The translations under genes and the position numbers were made by a program. The notes beneath the pieces were generated by a model, which ran no database searches, was not told the origin of the DNA, and was given only the letters and a program-made list of their open reading frames with translations. A stretch of 64,000 nucleotides of DNA from an uncultured virus (IMG/VR IMGVR_UViG_3300027749_003369). Lineage: Duplodnaviria; Heunggongvirae; Uroviricota; Caudoviricetes. The stretch lies in IMG/VR virus record IMGVR_UViG_3300027749_003369; one strand, written 5' to 3'. Positions 10,029 to 17,505 of the stretch are shown piece by piece; the stretch's first letter is position 1; each line of letters starts with the position of its first letter.

Positions 10029-11219
10029 ATGCTAAACAATAAACAACGTGAGTACATTAAATACGCTTATAGCCTATTTAATAAAGATGTGTTAACTAAA
10101 AAAGAGTTGATACAAGCAAACAAAAAATTTGGTTGTAAATACGCTCCACAATGGTTAATTAAAGATAAACAATACAAAGTTGATAAGGCGACTTTTAGAT
10201 TACCTTTAGATGGTGATATTAAAAAAACTGTTGCCGTTGAATCAACTAATAATACTGAGATTAAAAAAGAAGCCGCTTATATTGTATCTTCTTTAACAGG
10301 CGACATTGTGCCTAAAAAAGATCCAGTGTTTGTTCCATTTGGTAACTACCCAGATATTAAATCTATTATTAAATCTGGTAAATTTTATCCTATATTCATT
10401 ACTGGTTTATCTGGTAATGGTAAAACAATGTCTGTAATGCAGGCATGTGCTGAGGCTAAAAAAGAATGTATCAGAGTAAACGTTACAATTGAAACCGACG
10501 AGGACGATTTACTTGGTGGTTACAGATTAAAAGACGGCCAAACTGTATGGCAAAACGGTCCAGTTATTGAAGCCATGGAGAGAGGCGCTCTTCTTTTATT
10601 AGATGAGATTGATTTAGCTTCTAATAAAATTATGTGTTTACAACCTATCTTAGAAGGATCAGGAGTGTTTGTTAAAAAAATTAACAAATTTGTAAAACCA
10701 AAAGACGGTTTTAACGTAGTGGCAACTGCCAATACTAAAGGTCAAGGTTCCGAAGATGGTAAGTTTATCGGTACTAATATCCTTAACGAAGCTTTCTTAG
10801 AGAGATTTCCGGTTACATTTGAACAAAGATATCCAAATGCTAAGACTGAGGAAAAAATTCTAAATAATACTTTAGAAGCTACTGGTAAAAAAGATACTAA
10901 CTATGTTAACAAACTTGTTACATGGGCGGATGTTATCAGAAAAACTTACTTTGATGGTGGTGTAGATGAGATTATATCTACCAGAAGATTAGTACATATT
11001 GTACAAGCTTACTCTATCTTTAGTAATAAACTTAAAGCAATTGAATTGTGTACAAATAGATTTGATGAAGATACTAAAACTTCATTTGTAGATTTATACA
11101 CTAAAGTTGATGCTGGCGCTACTGCTGATCAGATTATAGAATCTCAAAGACAGTCAGAAGTTGCGGCTCAATCTCAAACGGATTCCAATGATGGTGAGGA
11201 GGAAGCAGTAGCTATTTAA
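10029..11219 (+). CDS. cobS: CobS/MoxR-like AAA+ ATPase
   Basis: GLSGNGKT, LLLDEID, TANTKG and AFLERF; typical of marine T4-like phages. Confidence 0.85.
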   Translation: MLNNKQREYIKYAYSLFNKDVLTKKELIQANKKFGCKYAPQWLIKDKQYKVDKATFRLPLDGDIKKTVAVESTNNTEIKKEAAYIVSSLTGDIVPKKDPVFVPFGNYPDIKSIIKSGKFYPIFITGLSGNGKTMSVMQACAEAKKECIRVNVTIETDEDDLLGGYRLKDGQTVWQNGPVIEAMERGALLLLDEIDLASNKIMCLQPILEGSGVFVKKINKFVKPKDGFNVVATANTKGQGSEDGKFIGTNILNEAFLERFPVTFEQRYPNAKTEEKILNNTLEATGKKDTNYVNKLVTWADVIRKTYFDGGVDEIISTRRLVHIVQAYSIFSNKLKAIELCTNRFDEDTKTSFVDLYTKVDAGATADQIIESQRQSEVAAQSQTDSNDGEEEAVAI

Positions 11220-11255
11220 ATAGTTACTTTTCTAAAATCCATTAATAATAGTCCT

Positions 11256-11277
11256 GAGTGGCCAATAATGGCCACTC
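11256..11277 (+). terminator. Stem-loop GAGTGGCCA-ATAA-TGGCCACTC
   Basis: Perfect 9-bp inverted repeat after cobS; no strong U-tract. Confidence 0.5.
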
Positions 11278-11303
11278 TAAACACCCTAAGGAGGTATATT
11301 TAA

Positions 11304-11513
11304 TTGGGACTCAAAGTAGAAGTTAAGAATAACAATGTCGAAAAGGCAATGCGTATTCTTAAAAAGAAAATGCTTAAAGAGGGCGTTCTAAGACTGTACA
11401 AAATGAAACAGACTTATGAAAAACCATCTGAAAAAAGAGTTAGGAAAGCAAAAGAAATGCGAGCTAACTATTTAAAGAAGCAAAAAGAACTAAGAAATCT
11501 AAGAGGTTACTAG
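11304..11513 (+). CDS. rpsU: Ribosomal protein bS21
   Basis: [16 protein letters not shown]...[11 protein letters not shown] start preceded by TAAGGAGGT. Confidence 0.9.
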   Translation: MGLKVEVKNNNVEKAMRILKKKMLKEGVLRLYKMKQTYEKPSEKRVRKAKEMRANYLKKQKELRNLRGY

Positions 11514-11547
11514 TTTTAACATTATATTTGAAACTAAATATATTATA

Positions 11548-11652
11548 GATTAGGCAACTCATAAGACCTGATCGGTGTTAAAAAGATTGATCCTACTTAA
11601 AGGATCAGCAAATCGGTGTTTGGTAGTTTACTCCGTGATAAACAAACTACCA
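11548..11652 (+). ncRNA. Candidate structured small RNA (three hairpins)
   Basis: Stems GATTAGG/CCTGATC, TGATCCT/AGGATCA and TGGTAGTTT/AAACTACCA in a non-coding gap. Confidence 0.35.
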
Positions 11653-11678
11653 CTTGACAAAGCATAGTCTAATGACTA

Positions 11679-11686
11679 TATAAATA
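11679..11686 (+). promoter_or_regulatory. T4-type late promoter TATAAATA (hsp20)
   Basis: Exact gp55 consensus upstream of hsp20. Confidence 0.6.
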
Positions 11687-11688
11687 AT

Positions 11689-11748
11689 ATTGAAAGTGCC
11701 AATAGTGGGCTTTTAATTTTAACTTGCTTAACAAAAGGAGAAAAAATG
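11689..11748 (+). promoter_or_regulatory. ROSE-like RNA thermometer leader of hsp20
   Basis: CTTGCT able to pair with the AGGAG Shine-Dalgarno with a bulged G; preceding hairpin. Confidence 0.55.
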
Positions 11749-12189
11749 ACAAACAGACAATTAAGCATATTCAATCAACTAAGACCCTTATCTATAGGTT
11801 TCAATAATGTATTTGACCACTTTGAGTCAATGCTAAATGATGACTTTGGATTAAGAGTTCCAACAGTAAATTATCCACCATACAATATTGTAGAAACATC
11901 TAAGAACAAATACGATATCGAAGTGGCTCTTGCTGGTTACGGTAAAAAAGATATAGACGTAACCTTTGAAGATGGACAGTTAACTATCAAATCTAAAAAA
12001 TCTGATAAAGAGGACGTTAAAGATAATACACTGTACAAAGGTATCGCTAAAAGATACTTTGAAAGATCATTTACAATTGCTGATGATGTAGAAATCAAAG
12101 GCGCTGAATTAAAAGATGGTCTATTGAAGGTATCGTTAGAGAAGATTATACCTGAAACAAAAAAACCAAGAACTATTGACATTCGATAG
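11746..12189 (+). CDS. hsp20: Small heat shock protein Hsp20/IbpA-like
   Basis: NYPPYNIV, IEVALAG, KGIAKRYFERSF and ELKDGLL alpha-crystallin motifs. Confidence 0.95.
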   Translation: MTNRQLSIFNQLRPLSIGFNNVFDHFESMLNDDFGLRVPTVNYPPYNIVETSKNKYDIEVALAGYGKKDIDVTFEDGQLTIKSKKSDKEDVKDNTLYKGIAKRYFERSFTIADDVEIKGAELKDGLLKVSLEKIIPETKKPRTIDIR

Positions 12190-12202
12190 TTATAATTCAC
12201 TT

Positions 12203-12228
12203 AAAGGCCGACTAAAATCGGCCTTTTT
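12203..12228 (+). terminator. Rho-independent terminator
   Basis: AAAGGCCGA-CTAAAA-TCGGCCTTT followed by further T residues. Confidence 0.85.
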
Positions 12229-12240
12229 GTGTTGTAAAAA

Positions 12241-12310
12241 TAAGTAATTGATTTTATTGCCTTATTTCTTTTCCACAAAGCTTGCATTTTTTAATAATGT
12301 ATGGTATATT
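12241..12310 (+). promoter_or_regulatory. Early-type promoter with IHF-consensus site
   Basis: TAAGTAATTGATT (12241), TTGCAT (12282), TG-n-TATATT (12305). Confidence 0.6.
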
Positions 12311-12423
12311 GGTATTATCACTATCTAAAAATAGTGGTAAATGTGCGTTGACTTATAGTAGTATAAGTTAACAAATTGAAACTGCTACCTACAGTAGCAA
12401 AAATAATATGAAAGGAGTTACCT

Positions 12424-13806
12424 ATGGTAATTCGTACAAATGGCCGTAGACCATTAATATCTACAAGCAAAGACTATACTCTAACAAGTTCTTTAGTTAG
12501 AGATTTAAAAAAACTAACAGCACTAGACCTAAGCTTTCAAAGTGAACAGCGATGGGATTTGGAACAAAAATCAAAATATATAAGCAGTCTAATACTAGGT
12601 ATGGCACCTAGTAAGGTTATTCTTGCTAATATAGATGAATGTTTAAAAAATTCTCAATCAGATAGTTGGGACTTTATATACTTTAATAATTGGAAACAAA
12701 AAGGATTCCAAAAGATATCAATTGATGGTAATAACAGAACAATTACTATTGATGAATATATGAATGGAAAAGTATCCATAATACATGATGATTATCAAAT
12801 GCCAAATGGACAGATAGTTGTTATCGACAAAAATAATGATACTTGGTTTAAACATCCTATTGTTTTTAGAAAATATATTGAAGAAAATATATTTTTAACA
12901 GTAACCGAATATACAAACGCAACAAGACAAGATTTAACTAACTTGTTTATTTGTATTAATGATGGTTTTACATTAAACGCACAAGAATTAAGAAACGCTA
13001 TCTTAGTTCCTTATGCTGAATGGGTAAGAAAAATGACTTTATTAACATATAATGATATGTTAGTAAAAGTATTTCCTACTATCAAACAAAAAGTGAGACG
13101 AGTTATTGATGATTATATAGTATCAATGTCTATTTTCACAACTTATGGTACAGAAAAATCAATTCAAGGTGCTGAAAAAAATGCAGCTTATGAAGATGAT
13201 TCTACCGTATCACAAAAAATATCTTTAGATAGAGCAGAAAAATTAATTAAATCTTTTGCTTCTTTTGTTAAAAAGAATTGTGGTGAAGAAATGAAAAACC
13301 ATAGTACTCTTTTTAATCTTTTTATGGTATATACTTATCTTTTTGATAATGAATATATTATAAAAAATGATAAAATTTTTTATGAATGGTTTATAAAAAG
13401 CGAAAATAAAAGAATATCTAATACTAATACTATAATGACAACTGCAGGAGGTGAAAGCAGAACTTACGAATCTTGTAATTCTACTATGTCATCACCTGAA
13501 TTAAAAGCAAGATATAAATTATTAATTAAAGAACTTGCTTTGGTGGTTGATGTTCATGCCGAGAAAAAAGACAAAATTCGTTTATTTTCTCCTCAAGAAA
13601 GGTATAAACTTTGGGAAAGACAAAATGGTATTTGTCCTGAAACAGGAAAAACTATACTCGAGTTTGAAATAAATGACGATACAAAATGGCATGCAGATCA
13701 TATTATTCCTTATTCTAAAGGCGGTAAAACTACTTTAGAAAATGGACAGTTGATCGATAAGTTATCAAACTTAAAAAAATCAAATAAATTATCAATTATA
13801 AGATAA
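12424..13806 (+). CDS. DUF262 (ParB-like) + HNH protein, GmrSD-like
   Basis: FQSEQRW, SIDGNNRT and INDGFTLNAQELRNA in the N-terminus; C-terminal ADHIIPYSKGG...N...N HNH. Confidence 0.75.
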   Translation: MVIRTNGRRPLISTSKDYTLTSSLVRDLKKLTALDLSFQSEQRWDLEQKSKYISSLILGMAPSKVILANIDECLKNSQSDSWDFIYFNNWKQKGFQKISIDGNNRTITIDEYMNGKVSIIHDDYQMPNGQIVVIDKNNDTWFKHPIVFRKYIEENIFLTVTEYTNATRQDLTNLFICINDGFTLNAQELRNAILVPYAEWVRKMTLLTYNDMLVKVFPTIKQKVRRVIDDYIVSMSIFTTYGTEKSIQGAEKNAAYEDDSTVSQKISLDRAEKLIKSFASFVKKNCGEEMKNHSTLFNLFMVYTYLFDNEYIIKNDKIFYEWFIKSENKRISNTNTIMTTAGGESRTYESCNSTMSSPELKARYKLLIKELALVVDVHAEKKDKIRLFSPQERYKLWERQNGICPETGKTILEFEINDDTKWHADHIIPYSKGGKTTLENGQLIDKLSNLKKSNKLSIIR

Positions 13807-13813
13807 TATAAAA

Positions 13814-13844
13814 GTGGCCAAGGATGCTTGACTTCCTTGGCCAC
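13814..13844 (+). terminator. Stem-loop GTGGCCAAGGA...TCCTTGGCCAC
   Basis: 11-bp inverted repeat after the HNH gene; loop contains TTGACT, a possible tRNA promoter -35. Confidence 0.55.
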
Positions 13845-13863
13845 CTATGTTAGGTTAATAATT

Positions 13864-13937
13864 GCGGATGTAGTATAAAAGTATTATTGTAGGTTTCCAA
13901 CTTACAGAAATTGGGGCAGTACCAGTCATCCGCTCCA
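13864..13937 (+). tRNA. tRNA-Gly (TCC), non-canonical D and T loops
   Basis: Acceptor GCGGATG/CATCCGC, U73, encoded CCA; anticodon arm GTAGG-TTTCCAA-CTTAC; T arm ATTGG-GGCAGTA-CCAGT. Confidence 0.8.
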
Positions 13938-13944
13938 AAATTAT

Positions 13945-14130
13945 ATGATGAAATTAATTCACAAATTAGGCCACTATCATTCTAAATTATTTGCATACGT
14001 TGGTAGAAGAGCACAAGAATCTAAAGTTTGGGCAATACTATTAACAGTAATAATTATATACGAATTTATAGAACATATAGTTTATCCTATATTAGTTCCT
14101 TATTTACTTTATATTCAATGGGTAAAATAG
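13945..14130 (+). CDS. Small membrane protein
   Basis: Hydrophobic C-terminal half. Confidence 0.5.
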   Translation: MMKLIHKLGHYHSKLFAYVGRRAQESKVWAILLTVIIIYEFIEHIVYPILVPYLLYIQWVK

Positions 14131-14166
14131 ATTGACTTTTAATAAAGTTTGTGATACATTAATATT

Positions 14167-14433
14167 ATGAAATACAATGAAGATAAAATTTTAAAAGAAA
14201 TCTTAGATTACATTCAAGGTACTTATGGTCAACATTACTCTACGGGTAAAGATGGCTTTCAAGTGCAAGATTTATTTAAAACTTTAAAAATTGGAAAAGA
14301 TTTTTGTCATGCAAACGCAATTAAGTATTTGTGTAGGTATGGTAAGAAAAACGGATATAACCGTGCTGACTTATTGAAGGCAGTACATTATGTTATATTA
14401 TTATTAAACTATGATAAGGAGAACGTGAAATGA
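14167..14433 (+). CDS. DUF3310-like protein
   Basis: HY...FC.ANAIKYL.RYGKK...DL.KA.HY pattern; promoter TTGACT(14132)-17-TACATT. Confidence 0.7.
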   Translation: MKYNEDKILKEILDYIQGTYGQHYSTGKDGFQVQDLFKTLKIGKDFCHANAIKYLCRYGKKNGYNRADLLKAVHYVILLLNYDKENVK

Positions 14434-15095
14434 ACCTAAGTACAGATACATTATCCATTTTAAAGAATTTTAGCGAGATCAATAACAACATTCTTTTTAA
14501 ACCGGGTAGCAAGTTAAATACAATATCTGCTATGAAAAATATATTAGCAGAAGCAACAATCACAGAAAAATTTGATACAGAATTTGGCATCTATGATCTA
14601 AATGAGTTTTTAAGAGCGGTAGAATTATTTGATAAACCTGCTGTTAAAGTCAATGGTGCAAACTACGCTTTAATCTCTGATGAAAAATCTAAACAAGTAA
14701 TTAAATATTTCTTTGCTGATAAATCAGTATTAGTATCACCTCAAAAAGGTATTAATATGCCAGATAAGACAGTAGCATTTACTTTGAAAAAAGAAGATTT
14801 TGCTAGAATACAAAAGGCAGCCACAACATTAAATTTACCAGATATCGCAATTAAAGGTAATGGTAAAATAATATCTTTTGTTGCAACAGATAAGAAAAAC
14901 AAATCTTCAAATGATTACTCTTTAAATGTAGGTGAAACAGACAAAACATTTACAGCTTACTTTAAAGCAGATAACTTCAAGATTATTTCTGATGATTATG
15001 ACGTTGCTATTTCTAAAGCAAAGATCAGCCACTTTATAAACAGAAGTAAACCAGTACAGTATTGGATAGCATTAGAGCCAGATTCGGAGTTCTAA
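14430..15095 (+). CDS. 45: Sliding clamp gp45
   Basis: LKNFSEINNNI, FGIYDLNEFL and YWIALE. Confidence 0.93.
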   Translation: MNLSTDTLSILKNFSEINNNILFKPGSKLNTISAMKNILAEATITEKFDTEFGIYDLNEFLRAVELFDKPAVKVNGANYALISDEKSKQVIKYFFADKSVLVSPQKGINMPDKTVAFTLKKEDFARIQKAATTLNLPDIAIKGNGKIISFVATDKKNKSSNDYSLNVGETDKTFTAYFKADNFKIISDDYDVAISKAKISHFINRSKPVQYWIALEPDSEF

Positions 15096-15096
15096 T

Positions 15097-15381
15097 ATGA
15101 AATTCTCCAGAACGGAATGGCATCAAGTCGCTTCTGAATTTCAATGTGATCTTCCTGATGAAGAAGTCATAAAGATATTTGGTTCAGTACAACGCTTAAA
15201 AGAAATCATATCACATCAAGAGCAACAATGGGGTAGTGATATAGAACCTATTGGCAAACCTCCAACAGAAGAAGAAAACGAGTTGTTAGACGAGGCTTGT
15301 GCTAATTATTCTGAAAGAGTTGATGATTGGTGGACAGATCGTAAAGGTGGTTACGAAGTTAGTTATAGTTATGAAAAATAA
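15097..15381 (+). CDS. Hypothetical protein
   Basis: ORF in operon context. Confidence 0.5.
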   Translation: MKFSRTEWHQVASEFQCDLPDEEVIKIFGSVQRLKEIISHQEQQWGSDIEPIGKPPTEEENELLDEACANYSERVDDWWTDRKGGYEVSYSYEK

Positions 15382-15396
15382 ATTGAGGATTATATT

Positions 15397-16341
15397 ATGT
15401 CAGACTTTTTGTGGGTTGAAAAATACCGACCAAAGAAGATACAAGATTGTATCTTATCAGAAGATTTAAAACAAACTTTCTTAGAGTTCGTTAAGAAAAA
15501 AGAAATACCTAATCTGTTATTATCAGGTACAGCAGGCACAGGTAAGACTACTGTAGCTCGTGCTTTATGTGATGAAATAGGTGCCGACTATATTATCATA
15601 AACGGTTCAGATGAAGGCCGCCAGATTGATACATTAAGAAACAAAATCAAAAACTTTGCTTCTACTATTTCACTTACCAAAGATGCCAATCATAAAGTTG
15701 TAATTATAGATGAGGCTGATTATATGAACGCCGAATCGGTACAACCAGCATTAAGAAACTTTATTGAAACGTTTTTTAATAATTGTAGATTTATCTTTAC
15801 TTGTAACTATAAAAACAAAATCATACCTGCTCTACATAGTCGTTGTACAGTAATTGATTTTAGAATTGTCAATGGTCAAAAGGTAAAAACGGCCACTCAA
15901 TTAATGGATAGACTATCTATTATATTAAAAGATGAAGGCGTTGAATTTGATAAAAAGGTATTGGCAGAAGTAATACAAAAATATTATCCGGACTTTAGAA
16001 GAACTATAAACGAATTACAAAGATATTCAGTCCGTGGTAAAATTGACAGTGGTATTCTTTTTAGTTTATCAGAAGAAAATAATAAAGACCTTATTGTAAA
16101 ATTAAAAGATAAAGACTTTAATGGTATGAGAAAATGGGTTATACAAAACCTAGACAAAGAACCTAGTGCTTTGTTTACAAGTATCTATGATGTACTTTAC
16201 GAACATTTAGAACCTAAATCAATACCTCAAGCAGTATTAATTATTGCTGGTTATCAATATAAGGCGGCCTTTGTTGCTGACCAAGAAATTAATATGGTGG
16301 CCTGCTTAACTGAAATAATGGCTGGATGTAAATTTAAATGA
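15397..16341 (+). CDS. 44: Clamp loader large subunit gp44
   Basis: WVEKYRP, GTAGTGKTT, IIDEAD and SRC motifs. Confidence 0.95.
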   Translation: MSDFLWVEKYRPKKIQDCILSEDLKQTFLEFVKKKEIPNLLLSGTAGTGKTTVARALCDEIGADYIIINGSDEGRQIDTLRNKIKNFASTISLTKDANHKVVIIDEADYMNAESVQPALRNFIETFFNNCRFIFTCNYKNKIIPALHSRCTVIDFRIVNGQKVKTATQLMDRLSIILKDEGVEFDKKVLAEVIQKYYPDFRRTINELQRYSVRGKIDSGILFSLSEENNKDLIVKLKDKDFNGMRKWVIQNLDKEPSALFTSIYDVLYEHLEPKSIPQAVLIIAGYQYKAAFVADQEINMVACLTEIMAGCKFK

Positions 16342-16583
16342 CAATTATATTAAAAAACCTCATAAACAATTGGAAATTAAATAAGTCAGAAACGCCATTA
16401 CGCAGTTTTGTTAAAGCTTACAGTTACAGATGTTGTGGTACCTTAGCAACAATAATAATATCATATTGTATTACAGGCAAATTTATAGTTAGTTTAGGAA
16501 TAGGAGCAGTTGAAATGATTGTTAAACCATTTATATATTGGTGCCATGAACGTGTATGGAACAGGATTAAATGGGGAAGATAA
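16338..16583 (+). CDS. DUF2061-like membrane protein
   Basis: RSFVKAYSYR...YWCHERVWNRIKWG. Confidence 0.7.
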   Translation: MTIILKNLINNWKLNKSETPLRSFVKAYSYRCCGTLATIIISYCITGKFIVSLGIGAVEMIVKPFIYWCHERVWNRIKWGR

Positions 16584-16589
16584 TAATAA

Positions 16590-16664
16590 GCGGGCATAGT
16601 TCAGTGGTAGAATAATAGTTTACCAAACTATAGGTCGTGGGTTCGAATCCCACTGCCCGCTCCA
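16590..16664 (+). tRNA. tRNA-Gly with anticodon ACC
   Basis: Canonical cloverleaf: GCGGGCA/TGCCCGC, D loop AGTGGTA, anticodon arm ATAGT-TTACCAA-ACTAT, GTGGG-TTCGAAT-CCCAC, U73, CCA. Confidence 0.9.
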
Positions 16665-16681
16665 AAATTATCCAAAATTAT

Positions 16682-17071
16682 ATGTACGAATTAAAAGATT
16701 ATTTAAAAGCGATTAATGAAACAAAAGAACCACTACTAGACAGTGATGATTCTACGTGGGAAAAGAAGTATCCACCATATATTATAAATCGTTGTCTTTC
16801 TATGTTTTGGGACACATTAATGCCGGCCAATGAAATGAACGGGCTACACTTCTTGGATAAAAAGTTACAATTTCATTTTTTAATAAATAGTATCAGAAAA
16901 AAGAAGCGATTTGGTGGTAAGTGGTTATCACAAACCAGGTTGAAAGATTTAGAGTATGTGAAAGAATACTATGGTTATAGCAATGAAAAGGCAAGAGAGG
17001 CCTTAACTTTATTGACCAAAGAACAACTTGAACATATTAAGAAAAAATTATACAAAGGTGGGAGAGAGTAA
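16682..17071 (+). CDS. 62: Clamp loader small subunit gp62
   Basis: YPPYIINRCLS, ANEMN and VKEYYGYSNEKA; true start after the tRNA. Confidence 0.9.
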   Translation: MYELKDYLKAINETKEPLLDSDDSTWEKKYPPYIINRCLSMFWDTLMPANEMNGLHFLDKKLQFHFLINSIRKKKRFGGKWLSQTRLKDLEYVKEYYGYSNEKAREALTLLTKEQLEHIKKKLYKGGRE

Positions 17072-17505
17072 TGGTAGATAATATTAAATGGTCAATAGAG
17101 GACATGTTAGAGGTAACAATCAAACAGCCTGATGACTTTTTAAAAGTAAGAGAAACACTTACTAGAATTGGTGTAGCATCAAGAAAAGATAAGACTTTAT
17201 TTCAGTCATGTCATATACTTCATAAACAAGGCAAATATTACATTGTACATTTTAAAGAGTTATTCGCTCTTGATGGTAAGACTGCTACATTATCTGAAAA
17301 CGATATTCAAAGAAGAAATACAATTGCAATATTATTAGCAGATTGGAATTTAATTAATATAGTTAAAAAAGAGGCGGCTGAAAACAAAGCACCTTTAAGT
17401 CAAATTAAAGTACTACCTTTCAAAGAAAAGAAAGATTGGATACTATCGGCAAAATATAATATTGGTAAAAAAGTTACTAAAGATAATGAAACAAATGGTG
17501 AATAA
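17071..17505 (+). CDS. regA: Translational repressor RegA
   Basis: DDFLKVRETLTRIGVA, QSCHILHKQG.YYIVHFKELF. Confidence 0.95.
   Translation: MVDNIKWSIEDMLEVTIKQPDDFLKVRETLTRIGVASRKDKTLFQSCHILHKQGKYYIVHFKELFALDGKTATLSENDIQRRNTIAILLADWNLINIVKKEAAENKAPLSQIKVLPFKEKKDWILSAKYNIGKKVTKDNETNGE

Noticed and set aside
11560..11620. Hammerhead ribozyme
   Set aside because: CTGATCGG does not match the CUGANGA core, and there is no correctly placed GAAA
13864..13937. tmRNA, suggested by the GGCAGUA loop
   Set aside because: It has a complete Gly anticodon arm and acceptor, no G3-U70 alanine determinant and no tag reading frame
16637..16681. N-terminal extension MGSNPTARS of gp62
   Set aside because: It is the T-arm and acceptor stem of the tRNA-Gly; the real start is 16682
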